From positions 557,767 through 621,766 of the forward strand of contig CAVRVW010000003.1 in the NCBI GenBank assembly GCA_963724695.1: 64,000 bases of DNA. Direction: 5' to 3'. Source of the stretch: an uncultured Acidobacteriota bacterium (GTDB lineage: Bacteria; Acidobacteriota; Vicinamibacteria; Vicinamibacterales; CAVVIG01). A program made the translations under genes and the position numbers. Of the stretch, positions 27,762 through 37,700 are shown in pieces (the first letter of the stretch is position 1; each line of letters opens with the position of its first letter). The notes below the pieces were generated by a model that was not told the DNA's origin, made no database searches, and saw nothing but the letters and a program-made list of their open reading frames with translations.

Positions 27762-28796
27762 ATGAAGTACAGAGTGCTGGCTGATACGGGAGTGTTCGTC
27801 TCCGAGCTCTGTCTCGGCGCGATGACGTTCGGTGGCCGCGGGCAGATGTGGGAAGTGATCGGTGGCCTCGATCAGGCCGGCGCTGACGCCATCATCGGCC
27901 GTGCGCTCGACGCGGGGATCAACTTCATCGATACGGCCGACGTGTACGCGACCGGGGAGTCCGAGACGCTGGTCGGAAAGGCGCTTTCCGGGAAGCGCAG
28001 GCAGGTGGTGCTCGCGACGAAGGTGCGCGGACGCATGGGTTCGGGACCGAACGATGTCGGGCTCTCGCGACTGCATATCGTGGAGGCTGTGGACGCGAGC
28101 CTGAAACGGCTGGGGACCGACTACATCGACTTGTACCAGATTCATCGCGCCGACCCCCTGACGAACATCGAGGACACGCTCCGCGCGCTCGACGATCTGG
28201 TGCGCTCGGGCAAGGTCCGATACATCGGGTGCTCGAACCTGGCGGCCTGGCAGTTGATGAAGGCGCTCGGCATCGCGCGCGCCGAAGGCCTCGAGCGCTT
28301 CAAGTGCACACAGTCGTACTACTCGCTCGCCGGAAGAGAGCTCGAGCGCGAGATGATCCCGCTCCTGCTGGATCAGGGCGTGGGCCTGCTGGTCTGGAGC
28401 CCTCTGGCGGGAGGTTTCCTCTCGGGAAAATTCTCCCGTGGGGGCACCGATGCCACGGGCCGCCGCGCCAGCTTCGACTTTCCGCCGATCGACAAGGATC
28501 GGGCCTACGACATCGTCGACGTGATGCGGACCGTCGCCGGCGCGCACGGCGCGAGCGTCGCCCAGGTCGCCCTCGCGTGGCTGCTCGCGCAGCCTGCGGT
28601 CTCGAGCATCATCATCGGCGCGCGGAAGCCCGAGCAGCTCGACGACAATCTGAAGTCGATCGACCTCGTCCTGTCTCCGGACGAGTTGAAGGCCCTCGAC
28701 GAGGCGAGCCGCCTCAAGGTCGAGTACCCCGTCTGGATGGATGCTTTCCCATCCGACCGCCGGCCGGGGGAGGAGCGCAGGTTCGAGCGCCGGTGA
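27762..28796 (+). CDS. Aldo/keto reductase
   Basis: The sequence starts MKYRVLADTGVFVSELCLGAMTFGG and includes NFIDTADVY, DYIDLYQIHRAD, VRYIGCSN and SIIIGARKPEQL. Confidence 0.9.
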   Translation: MKYRVLADTGVFVSELCLGAMTFGGRGQMWEVIGGLDQAGADAIIGRALDAGINFIDTADVYATGESETLVGKALSGKRRQVVLATKVRGRMGSGPNDVGLSRLHIVEAVDASLKRLGTDYIDLYQIHRADPLTNIEDTLRALDDLVRSGKVRYIGCSNLAAWQLMKALGIARAEGLERFKCTQSYYSLAGRELEREMIPLLLDQGVGLLVWSPLAGGFLSGKFSRGGTDATGRRASFDFPPIDKDRAYDIVDVMRTVAGAHGASVAQVALAWLLAQPAVSSIIIGARKPEQLDDNLKSIDLVLSPDELKALDEASRLKVEYPVWMDAFPSDRRPGEERRFERR

Positions 28797-28799
28797 TTG

Positions 28800-28877
28800 C
28801 CGGGTCCAAAAGGACCCGGCCTACGTTGTCGGACGCGGCAGACGAAGCATCGTAGGGCGGGTCCTTTCGGACCCGCC
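28800..28877. repeat. REP/BIME-like inverted pair (two GTAG-headed hairpin units)
   Basis: On the + strand, CCGGGTCCAAAAGGACCCGG-CCTAC (28800-28824) is followed by 27 nt, then GTAGG-GCGGGTCCTTTCGGACCCGCC (28852-28877). It starts 4 nt after the AKR stop. Confidence 0.85.
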
Positions 28878-28882
28878 GGCAG

Positions 28883-28915
28883 CTGGTGTAACGCGAGGAG
28901 CCCTCGCGTCACCAG
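28883..28915 (+). promoter_or_regulatory. 13-bp interrupted hairpin ending 5 nt before the next ATG
   Basis: CTGGTG-TAA-CGCGAGG-AGC-CCTCGCG-T-CACCAG. The 3' arm runs into the AGAAGG Shine-Dalgarno-like sequence of the 28921 gene. It could equally be a U-less terminator for the AKR gene. Confidence 0.3.
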
Positions 28916-28920
28916 AAGGC

Positions 28921-29979
28921 ATGCCGAGATCCCTCCTGCCGTGCGGATTGGCCATCACCCTTCTTGTTGCCGGCGCGCCGCCGGTCGCCGGCGGCCAGGA
29001 TGCTGGCGACGGCCCTCACCTCAAGCCCGATACGTTGATGGCCGAAGCTCAGGCGCTTTTGGAGTCGGGCCGCCCGCTCGACAGCGAGCGCCTGCTCGAA
29101 AGGGCCGTCGTCAGGCGGCCGCTCGCGGTGCCGGAGTTGCCGGACCGATCGTCCGCGCTGGCAGTGCTGTACTTGCGCGTGCGGGCGCGCGTGCTGCCGG
29201 TGATGGCCGAAACGTTGTACGGCTCCGCGAAGGCGGCGTACGACGAAGGCCGGCTGGATCTCGCCTCGACCCAGTTCGACGAGCTGCGCCGTCTGGTCGA
29301 CAGCGCCGGTCCGCGGATCGACGGAATGAACGATCTCGGCATGCTCGCCGAGGGTTTCTCGAGGCTGATCCGCCGACGGCTCGAGCCCAGGCCCGCGGAG
29401 ATTCCGCTCGAGCACGTCAGCGTCGACGTCGAATCACCCGGGGATGCGCCATCGAACGAGCCGCCCGCGCCACTTCTCGAAGCGACCTCGGAGCCGCAGC
29501 GACTTGGGCCGGACCTCAAGCCCTTCGCGTCCTGGCGCCCGGCCATCTATGGTCCAGACGATGCTGACGTGACACCGCCCGGAACGATCGAGCAGACGCT
29601 GCCACCGTGGGTGGCTCCCGAGGGGTTTGCGCGCCGCACGTTCAAGGGGCTGCTGGCGGTGGTCGTGGGTGAAGACGGCCTTGTGGCGTCGGCTGAGATC
29701 GTCGAACCGACGTTTCCGGCGTACGACGCCGTGCTCCTGACGGTCGCCAGGCGGTGGCGCTACGAGCCTGCGGGCAAGGACGGGCGCGCAGTGCGCTTCC
29801 GGAAGCTCATCGCGACCCGCAGAGCGGCTTTCAGTTCGGGTAGCCGCCGGTCCTTGGTCCTTGGGTCTTCGTCCTTGGGCAGGCCTTGGTCCTTGGCGGC
29901 TTGGTGTGTGGTCGTGGCGCCTGCAGCCCAAGGACGACAGCGGCTTTTCACGTGCTACACGATTGTGAAAAGCGGTTAG
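28921..29979 (+). CDS. Secreted TonB C-terminal-domain-like protein
   Basis: The signal peptide is MPRSLLPCGLAITLLVAGAPPVAG. The C-terminal block FKGLLAVVVGEDGLVASAEIVEPTFPAYDAVLLTVARRWRYEPAGKDGRAVRFR resembles TonB_C. The last ~45 codons read through the GTCCTT array and a hairpin. The true stop may be the TAG at 29841-29843 in another frame. Confidence 0.55.
   Translation: MPRSLLPCGLAITLLVAGAPPVAGGQDAGDGPHLKPDTLMAEAQALLESGRPLDSERLLERAVVRRPLAVPELPDRSSALAVLYLRVRARVLPVMAETLYGSAKAAYDEGRLDLASTQFDELRRLVDSAGPRIDGMNDLGMLAEGFSRLIRRRLEPRPAEIPLEHVSVDVESPGDAPSNEPPAPLLEATSEPQRLGPDLKPFASWRPAIYGPDDADVTPPGTIEQTLPPWVAPEGFARRTFKGLLAVVVGEDGLVASAEIVEPTFPAYDAVLLTVARRWRYEPAGKDGRAVRFRKLIATRRAAFSSGSRRSLVLGSSSLGRPWSLAAWCVVVAPAAQGRQRLFTCYTIVKSG
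29848..29905. repeat. GTCCTT short tandem array (second locus)
   Basis: Sequence: CGGTCCTTGGTCCTTGGGTCTTCGTCCTTGGGCAGGCCTTGGTCCTTGGCGGCTTGGTG. It belongs to the same unit family as 15881-15985. Confidence 0.8.
29943..29973. terminator. Hairpin between convergent genes (possible bidirectional terminator)
   Basis: A 9-bp stem GCTTTTCAC / GTGAAAAGC encloses a 13-nt loop. There is no clear U-tract outside the stem. Confidence 0.3.
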
Positions 29980-31209
29980 CAGACTTCCCGGGAGGGCGAG
30001 GACGACCCGGCGCCGTGTCAGGTCCGCAATCTCCGGCACCAGACGACCCTCGGTCAGCGCCGTCATCGCGGCGCGCGAAACCGTCACCGTCTCGGGCAGA
30101 TATGCGCGGCACGCGCCGAACTCATCTTCGTAGACGGCCGAGGGGAACGTGAGGCGCAGACGCACCTGGTCCCCTTCCGGCTCGGCGACGTAGAGCGGAT
30201 TCAGCGTGAGAACCCCTGGCGTGAGCGACGGCTGAATCGCATGCGGTTGGAAGATCTCGGGGAGCGCGCTGGCCACCACGACGAGCGCCGGGTCGGCGTC
30301 GAGCGTAGCCGCGGAGTCCTGGCGGGCGAGGTCGAGGGGCCCACCGCGCACGACATCGGCGAACAGGCCTGCCTCGCCGAACACGTGCGCTGGCATTGTG
30401 TCGAACAGGTCGGCATACCCGCTGGGTGAGAGCGGTTGTCCGTGCGAAGGGCTCCACACCAGCAGGTTGTGCGCGTGGCTGATCATGGCGGCGCTCGGGG
30501 CGCCGGTGTCCAGCAGGCGAAGCATCTCGGCCACGAACCGCCGCTTGTTCCAGATGAACATGAACGCGTCCGCGCACATGGCGAAGCGAAAGACGCCGCG
30601 GGCGAAGGGCAGCGGATGGTTGCCGTTGCAGCAGACGGCTTCGCATCCAGGCGCGACGAAACGGCGCGCCAGCCACAGCTTGGAGAAATAGACGTCGGCG
30701 AGGAACGGCGCCGAGGGCGTCAGCGCGCTCAACTCCCTGGTCAGATGGCCGGACCCTCCGCAGATGTCGATCGCCCGTCCGCCGCCGGCGAGCGTGGCGG
30801 CGCCGATCGATTGCACCAGCGCCTGCGCCACGACGAAGCTCGGGTCAGAGAAGCGGTGGACGAAGTACGTGCCCTCGAGATCGAGACCGAGCGCGGCGAC
30901 GGCCTCACGATAGGTGGTCGAGTCGCACAGCGCGAGCGCGTCGAACCGCGCCGCCTGGGCCGCATCGAGCGCGAGCAGCGCCCCTCGTGCCAGATCGGGA
31001 CGCCGATTTTCGAGGTGCGCGAGGACCGCCGGGACGGGGTCGGCCAGATGCAGGATGGGGATGCCATCGACGACCGGAAACGCGGAGCACGCGCACCCGA
31101 GCACCCCGCAGGCCATCTCGCGATCGTGCGGGTCGGTCTGGACGTGATGGGGTGTGAGCCGCCCTCCACAGAAGGGACACCGGAGGATCTCGAGCGTGTC
31201 CAGGCGCAT
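29976..31209 (-). CDS. Trm112-like zinc-ribbon plus class I SAM-dependent methyltransferase
   Basis: The N-terminus is MRLDTLEILRCPFCGGRL...GCACSAFPVVDGIPIL. The SAM motif is AIDICGGSGHL. The in-frame ORF has no stop until 29434 and would be antisense to the TonB-like gene. The probable end near the TAA at 29978..29976 needs a frame change, so the 3' end is uncertain. Confidence 0.65.
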
Positions 31210-31257
31210 GTGCCGCCGACATGATACGCGACCCGTATTGATCTACCATCTGCGCGG

Positions 31258-31659
31258 ATGTCATCCGGCGCGCCGACGTCCAGTGAAGGGGGATTCGTGT
31301 TCTGGGACTTGTTCCAGCAGTACCAAATCGGACAACTCGACGAGCAGTTGGCAATGGCGCGCTCGGACGCCGCGGCTCAGGGCGGGACGCGGATGGCGAC
31401 CAGGGCTGTGGACGAACGGGTCGACCGTCTCGTGCTCATGTGCCATGCGCTTTTCGAACTCGTACAGGAGTCGACGGGCATCACCGAGGAGCAACTCAAG
31501 GCGAAGATCGTCGAGGTCGACATGCGGGACGGTACCGCCGACGGCAGGCTGGCGCCCAAGCCCAGGCGGTGCCCGAAATGCGACGCCATGATCTCGCCCA
31601 AATTCGGGCGGTGCCTCTTCTGCGGGCAACAGGACCCTGCGGCGCCCGTTGTTCGCTGA
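31258..31659 (+). CDS. Small protein with a C-terminal zinc ribbon, function unknown
   Basis: The C-terminal motif is CPKCDAMISPKFGRCLFCG. An alternative start GTG 31297 follows GAAGGGGG. Confidence 0.55.
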   Translation: MSSGAPTSSEGGFVFWDLFQQYQIGQLDEQLAMARSDAAAQGGTRMATRAVDERVDRLVLMCHALFELVQESTGITEEQLKAKIVEVDMRDGTADGRLAPKPRRCPKCDAMISPKFGRCLFCGQQDPAAPVVR

Positions 31660-31661
31660 GC

Positions 31662-31778
31662 GGCGGGTCCAAAAGGACCCGCCCTACGCCCAGGCTCGTG
31701 GGCCGGGTCCTACCGGCGGGTCCCAAAGGACCCGCCCTACGCCTGAGGGTTCGTAGGCCGGGTCCTTTCGGACCCGGC
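31662..31778. repeat. REP/BIME-like cluster (three full units plus one truncated)
   Basis: Full units lie at 31662-31687(-), 31715-31740(-) and 31753-31778(+). A truncated head plus left arm, GTGGGCCGGGTCC, lies at about 31698-31710. The cluster starts 3 nt after the stop at 31659. Confidence 0.85.
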
Positions 31779-31925
31779 GGCGGGCGACAGGACGGTAGGA
31801 CTTCGACGTGAGGCCGACAAGGCTGTAGCCGCACGCCCGGTGCAGTGGCGGCTTTTCCTCGCGATCCGGCACCCTCGTCGGGCAGGTTTCTTGCTCATTC
31901 CTTCACCAGTCATCCCGGGAGGCGT

Positions 31926-34583
31926 ATGTCGAGCAGCGCGGACTCCGTCAGCCACGAAGGATCGCACCTCTGGACGCTCGAGGAGATCGGCAGGCTGACG
32001 TCCCACAGCGGCAACCACGCCGACACGCTCTCGAACATCGTCAACCTTATCCAGCAGCGCTTCGGCACCGACGTGTGCTCGGTGTACTTGCTGGAGCCCG
32101 ACCGCGCGAACCTCGTGCTCGCGGCCACCATCGGACTGCGGCCCGAAAGCGTGGGCCGCGTGCGCATGCGCCTCACCGAGGGGCTGGCTGGCCTGGTGGC
32201 CGAACAACTGCGCCCGCAGGTGCTGGCTGACGCGACGACGCATCCGCGTTTCAAGTACTTCCCCGAGGCAGGCGAGGACCCGTACCGGTCGTTTCTGGGT
32301 GTGCCGGTCGTCGATCGCGGCGTCCTGCAGGGCGTCCTCGTCGTGCAGACCGTCGAGCCGCGAGCCTTCGACGCCGACGACGTCCGGATGTTCGTGACGG
32401 CGGGCGCCCAGTTGGCGCCGCTCGTGAGCGAGGCCAGGGCGCTCGGGCAGTTTGTCGCGCCCGCGCATCAGCGGCTGCGCACGCTCGCCCAGAACCTCTG
32501 GTGGAGCTGGGATCACGAGGCGACCAGCCTGTTTCGAGAGCTCGACCCGGTGCTTTGGCGCGAGCTCGACAGCAATCCGATCGCGCTCCTCGATCGGGTC
32601 CCGAGCGACACGCTCGAGGAGCGGGCGTCGCACCTCGCGCTGCACGGCCGCATCAACTACGCCTACCGCCGGATGCACGAGTACTTGCGGTCCAAGCGGA
32701 CCTGGGGCGCACGCCACGCCGGTGTCCTGTGGGCGAGGCCTGTCGCGTACTTCTCGGCCGAGTTCGGCCTCCACGAGTCCATGCCGATCTACTCGGGCGG
32801 GCTGGGCATTCTCGCGGGCGACCACATCAAGGCGGCGTCCGACCTGGGCATCCCGCTCGTCGGCGTGGGTCTCTATTACACCCAGGGCTACTTCCGGCAG
32901 CGGCTGGACCGCGAGGGCTGGCAGCACGAGGAGTACATCGACGTCGACAGCCGGCGGCTGCCGCTCGAGCTCGCGAAAGCCGACGGCGAGCCGATCTCGA
33001 TTGCGATCGACACCCGATCGGGGACGCTGTCGGCGCGCGTCTGGAAGGTGGCGGTCGGCCGCAGCACGCTGCTTCTCCTCGACTCCAACGTCGAGGGGAA
33101 TCAGCCCGAAGATCGCCAGCTCACGTCGCGTCTGTACGGAGGCGACGATCGCGTGCGCATCCGGCAGGAGCTGCTCCTCGGCGTGGGCGGCGTCCGCGCC
33201 CTGCACGCGCTTGGCATCAGGCCCGGTGTGGTGCACCTCAACGAAGGGCATTCGGCGTTCGCCGCGCTGGAGCTCGTGCGGATTCGCATGGAGGAGGAGG
33301 GGCTGGACGCGTTCGAGGCGACGCGGCGCGTGTCGTCGCAGATCGTCTTCACGACGCACACGCCGGTGCCCGCCGGCCACGACCGCTTCAGGTCGCACCT
33401 GGTCGAGGAGCATCTCGGCCCGCTGCGCGAGGCGCTGCACATCAGCCACGACGACCTGATGAACTTCGGACGCGTCAGGGCCAACGACGCGGGCGAGGAC
33501 TTCTGCATGACCGTCCTGGCCCTGAAGCTCTGTCGTCGGGCCAATGCCGTGTCCTCGCTCCACGGCGAAGTGTCGCGCGCGATGTGGACGCCGCTCTTCC
33601 CCGGCTACCGCGAAGACCATGTCCCGATCGGGCACATCACCAACGGCGTGCACGTCCAGACCTGGCTCGCCCCGCAGATGCGGCAGGTGTACGATCGCCA
33701 TCTCGGCGCTGACTGGGCCGGACGCGCGGGGGAGCCGGGCTTCTGGGAAGCGATCGACAGCGTCGACGATGGGGAGTTGTGGGAAACCCATCAGACGCTC
33801 AAGGCCAGGCTGATCGAGTTCGCCAGACGCCGTGCGGTGCATCAAGCCGGGCTCCGGGGCGAATCGGCGGATCACATCGCGCAGCTCCGACGCGCGCTCA
33901 GCCTGGACGCGCTCACGATCGGGTTCGCACGCCGGTTCGCCACCTACAAGCGCGCCAACCTGATCCTGCAGGACCTCGAGACCATCGCCAGCCTGATCAA
34001 CCACGCGCAGATGCCCGTGCAGTTCGTGTTTGCCGGCAAGGCGCACCCGCACGACAGCCCAGGCAAGGAAGTGCTCCAGCAGATCGCGCAGCTGATGCGG
34101 GATCCGCGGTTCGCGGGAAAGCTCGTGTTCATCGAGGACTACGACATCAGCGTCGGCCGGCACCTGGTGCAGGGCGTCGACCTGTGGCTGAACAACCCGA
34201 GGCGCCCGCTCGAGGCCTGCGGCACGAGCGGCCAGAAGGTCGTGCTGAACGGCGGGCTGAACCTGTCGGTGCTCGACGGCTGGTGGGCCGAAGCGTACGA
34301 CGGCTTGAACGGCTTCGCGATCGGCGTTGGACACACGCACCGCGCCACGGACCTGCACGATCGCCGGGACGCCGAGGCGCTGATGCGCGCGCTCAGGGAC
34401 GAAGTGATTCCCCTCTACTACAACCGCGACCGCGACGGCCTGCCGCGCGAGTGGATCGCGCGCATGAAGCGCGCAATCCGGACCTTGGGCTTCCGCTTCA
34501 GCGCGGACCGCATGGTCAAGGATTACGTCCGGCAGTGCTACGTGCCCGCCGCCGGCGGCACGAGCTGCGACCTCAAGGAGTAG
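31926..34583 (+). CDS. glgP: Alpha-glucan family phosphorylase with an N-terminal GAF-like domain
   Basis: ATG 31926 follows GGGAGG. The GAF-like N-terminus is VCSVYLLEPDRANLVLAATIGL...GLAGLVAEQLRP...FLGVPVVDRGVLQGVLVVQT. The DUF3417 motif LWWSWDHEA follows. The phosphorylase core includes AYFSAEFGLHESMPIYSGGLGILAGDHIKAASDLG and EACGTSGQKVVLNGGLNLSVLDGWW. Confidence 0.85.
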   Translation: MSSSADSVSHEGSHLWTLEEIGRLTSHSGNHADTLSNIVNLIQQRFGTDVCSVYLLEPDRANLVLAATIGLRPESVGRVRMRLTEGLAGLVAEQLRPQVLADATTHPRFKYFPEAGEDPYRSFLGVPVVDRGVLQGVLVVQTVEPRAFDADDVRMFVTAGAQLAPLVSEARALGQFVAPAHQRLRTLAQNLWWSWDHEATSLFRELDPVLWRELDSNPIALLDRVPSDTLEERASHLALHGRINYAYRRMHEYLRSKRTWGARHAGVLWARPVAYFSAEFGLHESMPIYSGGLGILAGDHIKAASDLGIPLVGVGLYYTQGYFRQRLDREGWQHEEYIDVDSRRLPLELAKADGEPISIAIDTRSGTLSARVWKVAVGRSTLLLLDSNVEGNQPEDRQLTSRLYGGDDRVRIRQELLLGVGGVRALHALGIRPGVVHLNEGHSAFAALELVRIRMEEEGLDAFEATRRVSSQIVFTTHTPVPAGHDRFRSHLVEEHLGPLREALHISHDDLMNFGRVRANDAGEDFCMTVLALKLCRRANAVSSLHGEVSRAMWTPLFPGYREDHVPIGHITNGVHVQTWLAPQMRQVYDRHLGADWAGRAGEPGFWEAIDSVDDGELWETHQTLKARLIEFARRRAVHQAGLRGESADHIAQLRRALSLDALTIGFARRFATYKRANLILQDLETIASLINHAQMPVQFVFAGKAHPHDSPGKEVLQQIAQLMRDPRFAGKLVFIEDYDISVGRHLVQGVDLWLNNPRRPLEACGTSGQKVVLNGGLNLSVLDGWWAEAYDGLNGFAIGVGHTHRATDLHDRRDAEALMRALRDEVIPLYYNRDRDGLPREWIARMKRAIRTLGFRFSADRMVKDYVRQCYVPAAGGTSCDLKE

Positions 34584-34742
34584 GACCGGGCCAGCCGTGG
34601 GTGCACACTTCTGCACCCTGCTGGCACCGGTTTCGCAGAGACTGCGCTCAGGGCCTCCCCCCCTCGTGGATTCGTGCCAGAATCCGCAACTCGCGCGCCA
34701 GTTCCGTCAGCAGGGAACGCGACGCCCGCGCCTGGAGGCCAC

Positions 34743-37700
34743 ATGCGACTGCCGCCTTTCCGTGTCGCCGCCGTGTTCGCGCTTGCCGGCGTCGTCCTCC
34801 TGTCGGCCTCCGTGGCAACGCAGATGCGACGCCCGCGTGGCCTGTCGATCGAGATGGTCAACGGACGCGAGGCGGCTTCGCGCGAGGTCATCGTCAAGCT
34901 TGCGGAGTGGTCCACTCTGGCGCGGGAGAACCGGCTGACGCAGGATGCCGACGCCGAGCTCGTCGCGCCGATCGGCCGTGCGGGGCTCGTGCTCGTGCGC
35001 TCCCGCTCGCTCGGAGCGGCGGCACTGCTCTCGAGATTGTCGGCCCGGGGGGACGTCGTCTACGCGGAGCCGAACTTCGTCGTCCGCACGTTCGCCGAGC
35101 CGAACGATCCGATGTGGCCGCAGTTGTGGGGTCTTCGCAACATCGGACAGATCGTGAACAACAAGCCCGCCGGCACGGCGGGCGCCGACATCCGAACGCC
35201 TGCCGCCTGGGATCTGACCACCGACGCCGCGTCGACCGTGGTGGCAATCCTCGACACGGGAATCGACTACACCCACCCCGACCTCATCCCGAATCTCTGG
35301 TCCGCCCCGGCGCCGTTCACGGTCATGGTGGGCGGCCAGCCGGTCACGTGCCCCGCGGGCTCCCGCGGCTTCAACGCCCTCGAGATGAACTGTGACCCGA
35401 GGGACGATCACAACCACGGCTCCCACGTCGCGGGCACGATCGGCGCCGCCGGCAACAACGGCATCGGCGTCGCCGGCGTCGCCTGGAGCGCCAAGCTGAT
35501 GGCGCTGAAGTTCATCGACGCCTCGGGCAGCGGCACGGTGGCGGATGCGATCCGGGCCATCCAGTTCGCCATCGAGGCGAAACGAGTGATGGGGGCTGCC
35601 GCCGACATCCGCGTGCTGTCCAACAGCTGGGGCGGGACGGAGTTCTCGCAGGCGCTGCTCGACCAGATTGAGGCTGTGAACGACAACGACATGCTCTTTG
35701 TCGCCGCGGCGGGCAACTACGGCGTGTCCAACGACATCCTGCCGATCTATCCGGCCAGCTTCACGGCGCCGAACGTCGTGTCGGTGGCGGCCACGACGAA
35801 CACAGACGCCCGTGCGTACTTCTCGAACTACGGCGCCGGCTCCGTGCACCTCGGGGCGCCCGGGATGGACATCCTCTCCACCATCAGGGACGGCGCGTAC
35901 GGGTTCTCGAGCGGAACATCGATGGCGACGCCGCATGTCTCCGGCGCCGCCGCGCTCCTCCTGTCGCGGTGCGCCCTGAATACCGCCGATTTGAAGGAGA
36001 CGCTGCTCGGCTCCGTCGACCCGGTCGCGTCCCTCGCCACGACGACCATCACCGGTGGCCGCCTGAATGTTCACAATGCCCTGCACGCATGCATCGCGCC
36101 GCCCGCGGCGCCCGCGGGCCTGACGGCGGCCGGCGGCGACGCCGAGGTCAGGCTCTCGTGGTCTTCGGCCCTTGGGGCGACGAGCTACCGCGTGAAGCGC
36201 AGCACGACACCCGGCGGACCGCACGTGCTCGTCGCGGCAAATGTGAAGCCGAATCAGTTCACGGACGAAGGTCTCCTGAACGGCACGACGTACTACTACG
36301 TGGTGTCGGCGGTGAACATGCTGGGTGAGAGCGCTGACTCCAACGAAGCGTCGGCCACGCCGGCCATTCCATCGGACCTCTCGATTCCGGCGTTCACCGC
36401 GCCGACTGTCGGGGGTGCCGGCACCCCGCTCGCGGTGAGCATCACGACAGCCAACGAGGGCGCCGGACAGGCGCAGCCGACGATGACGCGGTTCTACCTG
36501 TCGGGCAACACGGTCATCGACGCTGGTGACCGCGTGCTGAGCGACGCCCAGACGGTTCCTGCCCTGGCCGCGGGAGCCTCGTCGTCCGCCAGCATGGCCC
36601 TGACGATTCCCGAAGACGTCTCCGTCGGCACGCACTACGTGATCGCGCGGGGCGACGCCGATGATGTCGTGTTCGAGGCCGACGAAGCGAACAACACCCG
36701 GACGCGGGTCGTGCTGATTGGTCCGGACTTGTACGTCTCGACGTTGACGGCGCCCGCGACAGCGGCTCCGGGTGCGGTGATTTCCGTGCTCGACACCACG
36801 GTCAACCAGGGCGGCGCCGGCGCCGGCGGGTCGACGACGCGCTTCTACTTCTCGTCCAACGTGGCGCTGGACGCGGCGGACACGCTGCTGGCGAGCCGGA
36901 CCGTTGTCGCGCTCAATGCCGGGGCCGCCGCATCGTCGTCCACGATGCTGACGATTCCGGCGGGCGTGGCGACCGGGACGTACTACATCATCGCCGAGGC
37001 GGATGGCGCGAAGGCGATCGCCGAGTCCCGGGAGACCAACAACACAACGGCGCGCACGGTGCGAGTCGGCGCCGACCTGGTCGTGTCCGCGTTCACGGTT
37101 CCGGCGAAGAGCGCCGGCGGCGAGTCCGTGACGGTGACCGACACGACGATGAATCAGGGCACCGAGGAGAGCGGGGCATCGACCACCCGGTTCTACCTGT
37201 CGGGCAATTCGACCTTCGATGCCGGCGACGCGCAGCTGCCAGGCAGTCGCGGGGTCGCGGCTCTCGCGCCCGGGATGTCCAGTGTGGGCTCGACGTTGCT
37301 GCCGCTTCCCGGCGGGATCGAGGCCGGCACGTCCTACCTCATCGCCCGGGCCGACGATGGGGGAGCCGTCGGCGAAACGCAGGAGAGCAACAACACGCTC
37401 GCCAGGTCCATCCAGATCGGACCCGACCTGACCGTATCTGGGCTGACGGCGCCGTCGAAGGTCGGGGCCGGCGACGAGTTCCAGGTGACCGAGACCGCGG
37501 CGAACCAGGGCGGCGGGTCCGCTCCGGCATCGACAATGCTGTTCTATCTGTCGACGAATGGGCAGCTGGATGCGGCCGACCTTCTTCTGAGCGGGAATCG
37601 ATCAGTGGCGGCCCTGCCGGCCGGTACAGCCAGCATCGGGTCGACGTCGATTGTGATTCCGGCCGGAACCACCTCAGGCGCGTACTACCTGTTGGCGAAG

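Noticed and set aside
27618-28547. An N-terminal 310-aa extension of the histidine kinase ORF (the track gives 940 aa).
   Set aside because: The extension is the antisense strand of the well-supported aldo-keto reductase and has no sensor or TM features. The first PAS domain begins right after GTG 27617.
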